This document shows positions 38,920 to 52,350 of a stretch of DNA of 64,000 nt, piece by piece; the stretch's first letter is position 1; each line of letters opens with the position of its first letter. The translations under genes and the position numbers were made by a program. The DNA is from the human T2T-CHM13v2.0 reference genome, Homo sapiens: NCBI RefSeq assembly GCF_009914755.1, contig NC_060927.1. One strand, written 5' to 3'. The notes under the pieces are model-generated. The model had not been told where the DNA came from. It saw only the letters and a list, made by a program, of their open reading frames with translations, and searched no databases.

Positions 38920-40060
38920 ATTTCTTAATTTATGCAATAATTTATGGACTGCCAATTCTGTGTCAGACACTGTTCATTACTGGAGATAGAAGCAAACAAA
39001 TGCTAGAAGATCCTTGCCCTCATGAACCTTACGATCAAACAGGGATGACAAATATTAAATATTATCACATAATGTACAATAAATACTATAAACAAAAATT
39101 ACAGTCAGTTCAGGATTCTAACAGGGGGCCTGTTGAGTTAGGGAAGGCCTTTCTGAGATAGTGACATTTAAACCAACAGTTCTAAATTTTGCACATTAGA
39201 ATCACCTGGGGAGCTATAAAAACTATGAGTGTCTGGCCCTACTCCAGATAAAAAGAACTGAAGCTAAGAATGAGGTCTGGGTAGTAGCATGTATTAAAAT
39301 TTCTCCTGAGTGGTTATTATTTATGACCAGCATTGAGGGCCACTGATTTCAGCAGATACTGGAAAGCAGGAAGAAGCTGAGTAGAAAGAAGAAGAAAAAA
39401 TGTTTTCAAGGCAGAAAAGCCCTCCTTTGGCAAAGCACAGGAAACAGCCTGCCATGTTTAGGAACTAAAAAGCAGGCAGTGAGAAATGGACTAGGCAGGG
39501 ACTTTGGAGCTGGGTCCCTATGTAAGCAATTTGAAAGATTTGGAGTTTTGTCCTAAGTACAATGGAAACCTATTAAGCATTAGGAGGGAATTGATGTGAC
39601 CAGTTGTTAGTGATCACTGTAGCTCCTCTCTAAAAAAAAGTATTGGTTAATAAGGAGATGAGAGAGGATGATGATGGCTTGCACTGGACTTGCAACAGTA
39701 GAGATGGAGAGAGAATTATATTAAGCCGTTTCAGAAGTAGAGCGGATGCTTTGCTAAATAAAATAAAGGAAGGTGAGGGAGAAGTGTGAGAAAAGATTCC
39801 CAGGTTTATGGTTGGAACAGCTGGGCAAAAGAATACACATTTGCTGAGATATTTAACACTGAAGGAGAAGAAGAGGGGTTGGTTTGTACCTGTAAATTTA
39901 AGGTACCCGTGAAACATTCGAGTAAAGGTGTCAAGTAGGCTGTTGGATATATGGGTCTTAGGAAAATGTCTAGAGATGCTAATTTAGAAGTCAGATGCAT
40001 ATATATAGTATTTGAAGTTATGTGTGATATAAAAGCCTGGAGAGAGCATAAGAGAACTCA
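38920..40060 (-). mobile_element. L2 fragment, interrupted by MER5
   Basis: atttatggactgcc..tgtgtcagacactg..ccttgccctcatgaaccttac and gtaaaggtgtcaagtaggctgttggatatatgggtct. Confidence 0.85.
39174..39345. mobile_element. MER5B-like hAT element
   Basis: gcacattagaatcacctggggagct..ccagcattgagggccactg. Confidence 0.75.
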
Positions 40061-40112
40061 GGTAGTTTCAATCTCATTTTAATGATTATTAAATGAAAGA
40101 ACTGGAAATGAG

Positions 40113-40302
40113 CAGTGGTTCTCAAACTTCAGTGTGCCTCAGAGCCATCCATAGAGAGTGTTACGACATTCATTGTTTTAATCAGAAACATACAGTTTCT
40201 GATTTTGTGGGTCTGGAATGGGGCCTGTGAATTTGTATCTCTAACAAGTTTCCCAAATTACACTAATGCTTCTGGTAGAGGCCAGACTTGAGTGCTAGTT
40301 GG
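40113..40302. mobile_element. MER5A
   Basis: cagtggttctcaaacttcagtgtgc..tttctgatt..gggtctggaatggggcctgtgaatttgtatctctaacaagttt. Confidence 0.8.
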
Positions 40303-40656
40303 TCTAAGATTTCACTTCCTTCTCTATTATTCTATGGTAACAACACCGTCATCTGCAAAAATACACAGGAAAACTTGTCCAAATACAAGACAGAGATTTC
40401 ATTATTGCAAGATGAAAGGATTTTAAAATGAAAAGATAGAGACATGATCACAGGAAAGATAGGTTAAGAGATGTTTTATGTCTTCCTAATTTGTTTTCAA
40501 AATGTTGGACAAATAGAAAAGTTGATAAATACATATTGAGCATCTTCTTCATGCAAAACATTTTATAGCAAGATGAATCTCTAACTCTCTCAAAGTAAGT
40601 GTATACATTATCCTGTTAGTGTTGCAGTTGTTTTTGAGGAACATGAAGAAATTTAG

Positions 40657-41060
<404 letters not shown>

Positions 41061-42437
41061 AATACAGACATTTTGCATCCTGTACACACACATGCATACA
41101 AGATCAATTAATATTGTGAGAATATTGTTTTACTTTACTCTTACTATTGTAATTCATCTAATTCATGCTTGACATTAAATAACTATCTCATCATTTACAG
41201 GAAGGTTTAAAGTACATGACTGTTATTAGCTATTGGCAACTAAAATTTATTTTTAAAAAACACTCCTTTGCTAGATTTCTCCACTGCCACATCATCAAAG
41301 TTTGATTATACATTTTTCATAGAATTGTCAGGATAGATAAGTTATTCAACTTCAACTTAGCTTTTCTGTGGATGGTTCATGGATAAGTAAAGCTGATGCT
41401 TCCAAAAGGAGGCAGGTAAGCCAACTTTCCATACCTACTCGAGAGAACTATCTCCATGCTTCTACTTTCTAAAGAAGCATAGTGATCATATCAATGCAGA
41501 CATGCCCACAAACTCTTCCTCCCAAATCCTAATTTTCTACAAGGTTGTGTTTGTGTTCAGGCATAAAAATCACAAGGTACCTGATGCAGATGAGGGGCTC
41601 ATTCTGTGAAAAAATGAAATAGATCCATTTTAGAGCCATGCTAAAGTGAATATCAACTCCCCCAAGTTGGGTGAGGCATTTGCTCTGATTTTTAAAATAT
41701 CACCAAATAAAAGTTTCAGGCTACCAAGAGACAAAAAAACAAAGATTTTTTTTCTGTTCCTTTTCTTCCTATACAAGACACACAAATAAAATTTTCATTG
41801 CTTTCAGCCCTCAGCTGAAGGTGGGCTTACTTTAAACAGTTAAAGTTCAGGACCCTTAAATTGGTAAACTAACTTGGACAAAATGGCATACCCTACAGGC
41901 AATGTCTTATGCACACAGAGCAAGTATTTCAAACAGAAGGGGTAGTCTGCCCCGCTTTTCTTATCTCCCAGTGAGAGAAGTCATAAGTCTTAGGTGATAT
42001 CCAGTCACACTCTTACTTCATTTGAGGTGTCTTCAATGTGACATCCAAATACAGTTCCTAACCTCAGTTAATGGGATAACTTCTCTCTATTCTCTAGCAG
42101 AAATAGTATGCTGTAAGTAAGCAGATTTCTGGACAATGAGGGTCTTCTCATGAGAGTTATGCCAGCATTACACACCCTGTTCCCTTGCTGAATAACAAGT
42201 GAAGGGGCATAAAATCTTGGTGACACTTAATGTTTCTGAAATCATTCATTTCCCATGAAAAAAAAGTATTACTTTTTATAGGTGTTCAGTCTATTAATTT
42301 TAATTATGAAGTCTTCAGTCCCGTAAAGGGAAATTTGACTGAGGTATCCTATTACATAAGATTAAGAGTTTGACAAAGACATGGAAACATAATTAACAGA
42401 ATGTTCTGAACAAAAATAATGAAACAGCAGAGGTACA

Positions 42438-42439
<2 letters not shown>

Positions 42440-42496
<57 letters not shown>

Positions 42497-42500
42497 TATA
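42440..42500. repeat. (TA)n(CA)n compound microsatellite
   Basis: About 22 TA units followed by a CA run. Confidence 0.95.
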
Positions 42501-42553
42501 CATATATGATATGTAAATAGATATAAACACAATATTTTTTGAAACTAGGTAGG

Positions 42554-42622
42554 TGTGTTAGTTCAAGACCTCTGAGAAACAGATGTCAAGACAGGATTAG
42601 ATATACAAGAGATTTACTGGGA
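42554..42622 (-). mobile_element. Short ERVL-type LTR end fragment
   Basis: tgtgttagttcaagacctctgagaaacagatgtcaagacaggattagatatacaagagatttactggg resembles the reverse complement of old ERVL LTR termini. Confidence 0.5.
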
Positions 42623-42767
42623 ATATTGGTATAAGAGTCCCATTTCCCTTTCCTATCTAATAAACGATAACCCCACTCCTAATTCTTGTTTAGTAATATT
42701 CTTTCCAACAATTACATTTCAGATGGAAAGAAGATCATTTTTTAGCTGCATTAGTAAAAATACAACC

Positions 42768-42970
42768 AGTATTCACTGAGTTCCAAATTCCTAGCACACT
42801 GTGCTATATATTTCACATGTACTATGTCATTTGATTCTCACAACAAACCTTTATAGGGGAGGAGGTGATATTTGTATCCTCATTTAACAGATAAGAAAAT
42901 TGATTTAAGCAGTTGACTCAAAGGCTACAGCTAATAAACGTTTAGGTTTTAGTCTAGGTATTCTGTTACC
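42768..42970 (-). mobile_element. MIR
   Basis: tattcactgagt..gcacactgtgcta..tcatttgattctcacaacaaacc..catttaacagataagaaaattga. Confidence 0.8.
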
Positions 42971-43014
42971 ATAGCCCCCCATTCCCTTAAACTGATTTGT
43001 CTCCTTAAACAAAT

Positions 43015-43430
43015 GAGGGAATCAGCAAATTTATAAACAAGCATTTTAGGTACCTACTATATTCTAGGTGCTGCAGAGAATGCTAAAATAAAAACAAGGA
43101 TTACTCACTTCTATGGCCTTACAATGCAAGGTTGCAACCAGGAAGACACATCTTTTACAGATAAATTTTATAAGAGACTGTGTAAAATTAAGTTCTATAT
43201 TATCTGGCATATTCTGGAAGTACTGTCGGAATTCAGCGGAAAAATTATTAAATAAGTACTGAAGTGAAACAGAGCAGGATTCCTAAGGAGATAGGATTGA
43301 AACTCTTTGGATTGGGCATAGAGTTTAAATTGGCAGAGGGTACATGAGAAGGCCTTACAGCCCAAGAAAAAAACAGGAACAAAAATTTAAGGGCAAAAAT
43401 GAGTGGCATAGTTTTAGCATTTTAAGGGAT
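43015..43430 (-). mobile_element. L2 3' fragment
   Basis: aacaagcattttaggtacctactat..ttctaggtgctgcagagaatg. Confidence 0.6.
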
Positions 43431-44624
43431 CGAGGACACAAGACAGGCAGCATACCTACCCAGTTACAGTGAAAGGTTAATTTTGGAAAGCCAGGTGTTC
43501 TATAAATGTTCTCCAAGTAAGTACATCAGTGAATAAGTGGATGACTAAATGATGACTATATTTCCAAAATTATAAAAGGACAAATTGTTAAGATTAAATT
43601 ATCACTTTAAATTTAATTCCTTCTGTCTTTTTTTCCCTGTCTTTAATGATTAAATGCTGTTAAAAAGTTAAAACAGAAAATGAAATCTCTAAAGTATACC
43701 TTCTATTTTGACTGGTTTTACTTCCAAATACACCATTAAAAATCAGAAACCTAGAACCCTAAGAGAAAAGTCTACTTTATCTATTTCTCTGATTTCACCC
43801 ACTCTGTGATTTTAATGAGAAAAGAAGTCACTAGTAATCTCCCTTATTGAAGCTGAATCTTAAAAAGAAAATTTCTCCCAAGGGATGGGCAATATCAGGG
43901 AAATATGAAAAACATAAGGGAAGAAAATGAATTACACATTTTTAATGAGAAAAAGAAACCTGAACACCCAAGTATTCTCTTTTAAATAAATTGAGAAACA
44001 TTCGCCATATATATGTGGGAAGTTAATGGTAAGTTGATAGGTCAATTTAAAATTTATAATGTGAAGCATTGTTCCAGGGTTGAAGGAATTGGGGTCAGAG
44101 AATACAAACTCTCTTTCTTTATCAAGCAATAGATCATGCAATGACAGCCTGTGCGAACAAGCAGCATCTTCACAATCTCAAGGCTATACAAGAAGGTCAG
44201 CATGTGGCACAGCATTCTTTGTTTCCTATCTCCAATCAAGCTTAGGATGTTTTGTGCGTAACAATGTGAGAAAGAAAAAAAATAAAAAGACTTAAAAGTG
44301 ACCTTTGCCATGAGGGAAAAACTCCCTACTATTCAATTTGCACTATTCATTCAGCCAATTCTCCACCCTTACCAATGAAACATCCAGCAAAAATAATGGA
44401 TGCAGGCGAAAAGAAAATTCAAACCCTTCAAACCTCATACTCCCTGACACTATGAAGCCAGTGACAGAAAATGCAATTAGTGAACTAGGAAATTTGTTAA
44501 AAGAACCTCTTAACCAATAAAGTTCAATACTTCCAGGCCTGGGACATCAGCTGTGGTATTGCTTTGTTAGCAGAGATTCTCATGACAACATGGGACAGCA
44601 ATTCCCAATTAAAACATTTTAAAA

Positions 44625-44930
44625 GGCCAGGTACAGTGGCTCATGCATGTAGTTTCATTGCTTTGGGAGGCCAAGGCAGGAGGATCACTTGAGGCCAACA
44701 GTTTGAGACCAGCCCAGGCAACATAGTGAGACCCCTGTCTCTACAAAATAAAGAAAAAAAAAATAGCAGAATGTGGTAGTGTGTACTTGTAGTCCTGGCT
44801 ATTCAGGAGGCTGAGGTGGGAGGTTCACTTGAGCCCAGGAGTTCAAAGCTGCAGTGAGCTATAATCATATCACTGAGCTCCAGCCTGGGCAAAAGAGCAA
44901 GACCCTATCTCCAAAAAATAAAAATTAAAA
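44625..44930 (+). mobile_element. AluJ (Jo/Jr)
   Basis: ggcaggaggatcacttgaggcc..ggcaacatagtgagacccc..cttgagcccaggagttcaaagctgcagtgagctat. Confidence 0.92.
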
Positions 44931-45027
44931 TTAAAGCAATTTAATAAGAAAACAAATTATGTTTTCCTAACCAGAGACTCTCCAATGGCTATTTATATTG
45001 ATGGAAAGACAAATAAATCTTATTATG

Positions 45028-45255
45028 GTATCTCCCAAAGTGTGTTAAATGAAACACTGATTCCATTAGATGTTTACAGCTCTGACAGAACGAAATGGTT
45101 CTGTGATTAAAAGTCTGCGTGAAACAAAATGGCTTTACAACTGAGTTTCTCTGACTCCTTCATATGATGATGTGCACTGTTAATATCAGGGGGAAATAGT
45201 ATGTGGTATTTTCCCAATTTGCTTGACTGAAGAACCCATTTTTAATGGAGCATAA
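45028..45255 (+). mobile_element. hAT-Charlie fragment (Charlie4-like)
   Basis: tctcccaaagtgtgtt..aacactgattcc..agatgtt..ggttctgtgatt..tttcccaatttgcttgactgaagaaccc. Confidence 0.6.
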
Positions 45256-45345
45256 GATAAACATCCTGATAGTCTGGTTCAGGCATTTTTTAAAAGGAGG
45301 TGGAAGAAGAACATGAAACCACTAATGATGAGGCAATTCATTTTA

Positions 45346-48300
45346 CTTTTTTACATTCCAACTTTATTTTAGGTCAGGGGTTAAATGTGCAGGTTTGTTA
45401 CAAGGATAAATTGTGTGTTGCTGGGGTCTGGTGTGCAAATTGTTTTATCACCCAGGTAGTGGGCATAGTATTTGATAGGTAGTTTTTCAATCTTTACCCG
45501 TCTCCCAACCTCCACCCTCAAGTAGGCCCCAGGGTTGTTCTCTTCTTTGTGTCGTTGTGTACTCAATGTATAGCTCCTACTTATAAGTGAGAACATGCAG
45601 TATTTGGTTTTCTGTTTCCTTTCTTAATTCACTTAGGATAACAACTTTCAGCTGCGTGAATATTACTGCAAAGGACATGACTGTGTTCTTTTTATGGCTG
45701 CATAGTATTCCACAATGTATATATGCCACATTTTCTTTATCCAGTCCACCATTAATGGGCATCTAGGTTAATTCCTTCACAATCTTTGCTATTGTGAATA
45801 GTGCTGTGATGAACATACGGGTGCATGTGTCTTTATGATAGAACAATTTATATTCATTTGGGTATGCACCCAGTAATAAGAATGCTGGGTAAGATAGTAG
45901 TTCTGTTTTAAGCTTTTTCAGAAATCTCCAAACTGCTCTCCACAGTAGTTGAACTAATTTACATTGCCACCAGTAGTGTATAAGTGTTCTCTTTTCTCTG
46001 CAACCTTGCCAGCATCTGCTGTTTTTTAACTTTTGAATAATAGTCACTCTAACTGGTACGAGATGGTATCTCATTATGGTTTTGATTTGCATTTCTCTAA
46101 TGATTAGTGATGTCGAGCATTTTTTCGTATGCTTATTGGCCATGTGTATGTCTTCTTTTGAGAAGTGTCTGTTCATATCCTTTGCCCACTTTTTTATAGA
46201 GTTGTTTGTTTTTCTCTTGTAGATTTGTTTAAGTTCTTTATAGATTCTGGATATTAGACCTTTGTCAGATGCATAGTTAGCAAAAATATTCTCCCATTCT
46301 ATAGATTGTTTACTCTCTTGATAGTTTCTGCTGTGCAGAAGCTGTTTCGGTTAATTAGGTCACATGCAACAATTTTGTTTTGTTGTAATTGCTTTTAGAG
46401 TCTTTATCATAAAGCCTTTGCCAGGGCCTATGTCCAGAATGGTATTTCATACATTTTCTTCTAGGATTTTTATAGTTTTATAATTTTAGGTTTTACATTT
46501 AATTCTTTAATCCATCCTGAGTTAACTTTTGTATATGGTCAAAGGTAGAAGTCCAGTTTCAATCTTCTGCAAATGGTTAACCAGTTATCCCAGCACCATT
46601 TATTGAATAGAGAGTCCTTTCCCCATTGCTTATTTTTGTCAGGTTTGTCAAAGATTAGATGGTTTTAGATGTCCAGCTTTACTTCTGAGTTTTCTAACTT
46701 GTTCCATTAGTCTATGTGTCTGTTTTTATACCAGTACCATGCTGCTTTGGTTACTGTAGCCTTGCAGTATAGTTTGAAGTCAGGTAACATGATGCCTACC
46801 ACTTTGTTCTTTTTCTGAGGATTGCTTTAGCTATTTGGGCTCTTTTTTTGGTTCCATATGAATTTTAGAATGGTTTTTTGCAAATTCTGTAAAAAAATGT
46901 CCTTGGCAATTTCATAGGAATATCGTTGAATATGTAAATTGCTTTGGGCAGTGTGGCCATTTTAACAGTAATGATTCTTCCTATTTATGAGCATGGAATT
47001 TTTTAAATTTGTTTGTGTCATCTCTGATTTTGTTCAGCAGTGTTTTGTAATTCTCATTGTTGAGGTGTATCTCCTCTTTGGTTAGCTGTATTTCTAGGTA
47101 TTTTATTCATTTTGTGGCTATTGTGAATGGAATTGCACTCTTGATTTAGCTCAAAACTTGGATGTTATTGATGTATAGAAATGCTACTGATTTTTATACA
47201 TTGATTTTGTATCCTAAAGCTTTATTGAAGTCATTGATCAGATCTTCTATTAAGTTCTTTTTATTTCTTACTCTTGCCTGGTTGCTCCGGCTAAGACTTC
47301 CAGAACTATGTTGAATAGGAGTGGTGACAGTGAGCATCCTTGTCTTGTTTTGGTTCTCAAGGAGAATGCTTCCAGCTTTTTCCCATTCAGTATGATGTTG
47401 GCTGTGGGTTTATCATAGATAGTTCTTATTATTTTGAGGTATACTCCTTTGATGCCTAGTTTGTTGAGGGTTTTTAACATGAAAGGATGTTGAATTTCAT
47501 CAAAAGCCTTTTCGGTGTCTATGGTGATGATTACATGGTTTTTTGTTTCAGTTCTGTCTATGCGATGAATCACATTTATTGATTTGCATACATTGAACCA
47601 ATCTCAGTTATAAAGTCTACTTTATCTTGATGATTAACTTTTTGATGTGCTGCTGGATTTGGTTTTTTAGTATTTTGTTGAGGATTTTTGCACTTAGGTT
47701 CATCAGAGATATTGCCTGAAGTTTCCTTTTTCATTGTGTCTCTGCAAGTTTTTTTATATCAAAATGATACTAGAGTCATAGAATGAGTTAGGAAGGAGTC
47801 CCTTTTCCTAGATTATTAAAAATAGTTTCAGCAAAATTTGTACCAGCTCTTCTTTATACATCTGGTAGAATTCAGCTGTAATTTTGTCTGGTCCAGGGCT
47901 TTTTCTGGTTGGTAGCTATTTTGTTACTGATTCAACTTCAGAACTTGTTATTGGTATGTTTAGGGTTTTAATTTCTTCCTGGTTCAATCTTGGATGATTT
48001 TATCTTTCCAGGAATTTATCAATTTCTTCTAGGTTTTCTAGTTTGTGTGCATAGAGCTGTTGTGTGCGTAAGTCTCTGAGTTTTTTTTGTATTTCTGTGG
48101 GGCCAGTGGGAATGTCCCCTTTGTCATTTCTGATTGTGTTTATTTGGATCTTCTCTCTTTTTAAAATTAGTCTACCTAGAGGTCTACCAATCTTATTTAT
48201 TCTTTCAAAAAACCAAATTGTGGTTTCATTAATCTCTCATATGGACTTTTGCATCTCAATTTCATTCAGTTCAGCTCTGATTTTCGTTCTTATCTTCTGC

Positions 48301-50391
48301 TAGCTTCAGAATTGGTTCTTCTAGTTTCTCTAGGTGTGATGTTAGGTTGTTAATTTGAAATCTTTCTAACTTTTTTTACGTGGGCATGTAGTGCTATAAA
48401 CTTTCTTCTTGACATTGTTTTAGCTGTGTCCCAGAAATTCTAGTATGGTGTATGTCTGTTTTCATTAGTTTCAAAGAATTACATTATTTCTGCCTTAATC
48501 TAGTTGTTTAACCAAAAGTCATTCAAGAGCAGATCATTTAATTTCTATATAATTATATGATTTTGAGAGATCTTCTTTGTATTAATTTTTCTGGCTTACT
48601 GTGCTGTGGTCCAATAGTGTGGTTGGTATGATTTCAGTTTTTTTTTTAATTTGTTGAGAATTGCTTTATGGCTGAGTGTGTCATCAATTTTAACATGTCA
48701 TATGTGAATGAGAACAATGTATGTTCTGTTGTTGTTGAGTGGAGTATTCTGTAGATGTCAACTAGGTATAATTGGTCAAGTGTTAAATTCAGGTCCTTAA
48801 TATCTTTATTAGTTTTCTGCCTCGATAATCTGTCTAATATTGTCAGTGGGGTGTTAAAGTCTCCCACTATTATTGTGTGGTTATCTAAGTCTCTTTGTAG
48901 GTCTCCAAGAACTTGTTTTATGAATCTGGGTGCTCCATGTGTGGGGTGTATATATATATACATATATTATATATATATATATACACACATAATATATGTG
49001 TGTATATATATATATTAGTTAAGCCTTCTTATAGGATTGAACCCTTTATCATTATGTAATGCCTTTCTTTGTCCTTTTTGATTGTTGTTGTTTTAAAGTC
49101 TGTTTAGTCTGAAATAAGAATAGCAACCAACCTCTCCTCTTTTTTGTTTTCCATTTGCTTGCTTGATAGATCCTTCTCCATCCCCTTTGCTTTCAGCCTA
49201 TGAGTATCATTGGATGTAAGATGGGTCTCTTGAAGATAGCATACAGTAGAGTCTTGTTTCTTTAACCAACTTGCCACTCTGTGCCTTTTGTGTGGGGGCA
49301 TTTAGCCCATTTACATTCAAAGTAAATATTGATATGTGCATATTTGATCCTGTCATAGTGTTGTTAGCTGGTTGTTATGCAGACTTGATTGTGTAGTTGC
49401 TTTATAGTGCCAACATTCTATTTACTTAAGTGTGTTTTTGTGGTGGCCAGTTATGGCCTTTGATTTTTATGTTTAGCAGTCCCTTAGGGGCATCTTGTAA
49501 GGCAGGTCTCGTAGTGAATTTCCTTAGCATTTGCTTCTCTGAAAAGGACCTTATTTCTCTTTTGCTTGAAAGCTTAGTCTGGTTAAATATAAACTATTAG
49601 TTGGAATTTCTTTTCTTTAAGGATGCTGAATATAGGCCCCAATCCCTTCAATCTTACAGGGTTTTTGCTGAAAAGTCCACTTTTAGAATGAAGGGGTTCC
49701 CTTTGTAGGTGGCCTACCACTTCTCTCTGATTGCCTTTAACATTTTTTCTTTCATGTTGACCTTGGAGAATATGATGACAGTCTTGGGTATGGTTGTTTT
49801 GTATAGTATCTCACAGGGCTTCTCTGAATTTCCAGAGTTTGAATGTTGACTTCTCTAGTGAGGTTGAGAAATTTTTCATGGGCAGTATCGTCAAATATGT
49901 TTTCGAACTTGCTTGCTCCCTCTCCCTCTCTTTCAGAGATGCCAGTGAGTCATAGGTTTGGTCCTTTACATCATCTCATATTTCTTGGATGTTTTGTTCA
50001 TTTTTAAAATTCTTTTTTCTTTATTTTTGGCTGACTAAGTTGAGTCAAAGAACTGGCCTTCAAGCTCTGATATTCTTTTCTCAGCTTGGTCTATTCTGCT
50101 CTTAATACTTCTGATTGTATTATGAAATTCTTATAGTTTTTCAGCTCCATCAGATCAGTTTGGTTCTTTCTTAAAATTGTTTTTTCATCTTTTAGCTCTT
50201 GAATCATTTTACTGAACTCCTTAGATTCTGTGGATTGAGTTTCAACTCTGTCCCAAATCTTGATGATATTAATTGCTACCCAGCTTCTGAATTCTATGTT
50301 ATCATTTCAGCCATTTCAATCTGGTTAAGAGCCATTAGTGGGGAGCTACTGTGGTCATTTGGAGGTAAGAAGGCACTCTGCCTTTTAGCAT
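45346..50391 (-). mobile_element. 5'-truncated L1 (L1PA16-like), ORF1 through 3'UTR, decayed
   Basis: ORF2 peptides ([60 protein letters not shown]). 17-bp TSD tgaggcaattcatttta (45329-45345) / tgaggcaactcatttta (50392-50408). Confidence 0.95.
48949..49015. repeat. Imperfect (TA)n/(CA)n tract inside L1
   Basis: tatatatatatacatatattatatatatatatatacacacataatatatgtgtgtatatatatata. Confidence 0.85.
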
Positions 50392-51789
50392 TGAGGCAAC
50401 TCATTTTAAATCCACTCAAATAATTTTGTGATTTTTCTTTTTTGTTTAATTTAAAATGAAACTTAAAAATTCTTTAATACCAATTACATTTGAATGTGGC
50501 AAACATAATGATTTTTTAAGGTACTATGTTTTTCTAGCTTTGAGTTTTCCTAAACATTCTGCAAATAGAAAAATATTTTTCTTAAAGTTGAATTTTTTGT
50601 GAAAATTCAAACAGTAGAAAACTTAAAGTGACATACATGTAAATTAAATTATTCAGCAGAAAATAATAAAATGTTAAAATAGAAAAAAATACACCATAAA
50701 GCATGTCAGAACTTGAAAAAAAATGGCTATTTTGCTACCCTTAAACTTATAGTATCATCTCAAAAAAACCATCCAAAACTAAAATGTATTATTTATATTA
50801 GTTGTTAAGGAATAAAAATTAAAGCTACTGAACTATAATCTGATCACAGATATTTACTGTCCTTTGAATATGTTAACCTAAAAATTTTGAGCATCATATG
50901 CTTTCTGTAAAATGAGATGAAACTAAGCCTATGTATGCATACTATTTTGAAAAAAATACCTATATCACATACCTTTTACAATATTAATTAAATCAGAAAA
51001 TTATGAACATTTATCTTTTTAATAAAATTTTGAATATTTTACAAGAATATCCAATAAGAATCAACTGCTTTTAAAAATTTTTAATTTTCCCACAATGATT
51101 TCAAAGATGAAATGAGTGAGCTGATCTATCTGAAAATAGCTGAGAAAGAAGAATTTTAAAGAGAAGTAGATGGAATAGTAAAAGAGGAAGATACGATGTG
51201 AACAGAATAAGACAGAGAAGCAAGACATCTCTGTGAGACAAGGAAGAGAGTAGCCAGGGTCTTAAGTGTTCCGTGGCTTACTAGCAGCAGGATAAAATAT
51301 AAAGATGCCCTTTGTTTTGGAATAAGAAACTAGAGACAAAGTGTTTCTTGTGTCATCTTCAATCAAATTCAGAATATAGTAGTATATCCCTGATTTCTTT
51401 TTCCAGATCTTCATTAGTATTCAAGAAATAAGTATTTATTTTGCAAAGCACAGTCATTAAAGAAAAGAAAGCATGAAGAATGGTATGGAAGGAAATATTT
51501 TTTTATTTTCTTGCATAAATAGCCACGAAGGAAAAAAAAGAACTCAATAAATTTTCAAATGTTTGGCTCTAAAGACTTTTACAACACATAGAAAATGAAA
51601 GTGCATTCCAAATATTCACATGAAAAGCTCACTCTAAATGCCCAAATCTTTATGTCACCCTGATTCCTCCCAACTCTCCTTTTTAGTCATTTACTGAATT
51701 AAATAGGTATATCTTTTTTAAACAGTTTTTCAAATAAATGAATTTCCTGACATTATATTCAGTTAATACTACACTCACAAATGCATTTG

Positions 51790-52350
51790 GATGTTGTTTA
51801 ATTTAGCATGCTTTTAGCTGTAAGGAACAAAAACCTTGACTCAAGTGAATTTAACCATTAGAACATGTATTATCTCACATAACAGGAAGTCTGTATGTAG
51901 GGAAATTTAAGGACTGGTTGATTTAGCAGATTAATGATTCTAACAGTAGCCCAGGTTTCCTTTTCTCAGTTCATCTGTGTTCACAATTAGCACCATCCTT
52001 AGATATAGTGTGATATGGCTACCCCAGTTTCCGGAAACATGTAATCATGACAATATCCAGAGACATTATTTTCTCCTGCGGAATTTTAAAGCAAGGAAAA
52101 CTCTTTCCAGACACTCTTTTAAAAATCGCCCTTTAATTTCATTGGCCAAAATTGGTTTATGGGTCCATGTCTCAAAGAGTCAGTAAGATTACCCTTAATC
52201 TGATGAGTCCACTACAGAAACTGGAGTTGTGATTAGCTTTTCCATAGGCACATGGCTGGATTAGGAAGAGGAAAATATCTGGAAATAATTTTATAAAGAA
52301 TTATCCTAGGAAGAAGAAAAATGTGAAAGCTAGATAGAAGCCAACAGTGC
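51790..52350 (-). mobile_element. Old MaLR LTR (MLT1K/L-like)
   Basis: atgcttttagctgtaaggaacaaaaacc..tattatctcacataacaggaagtc..tcattggccaaaattggttt. Confidence 0.65.

Noticed and set aside
45763-49301. Endonuclease and RT-like ORFs suggesting an intact retroelement or novel RT system
   Set aside because: These are short fragments of one decayed L1PA ORF2 broken by stops, frameshifts and a TA expansion.
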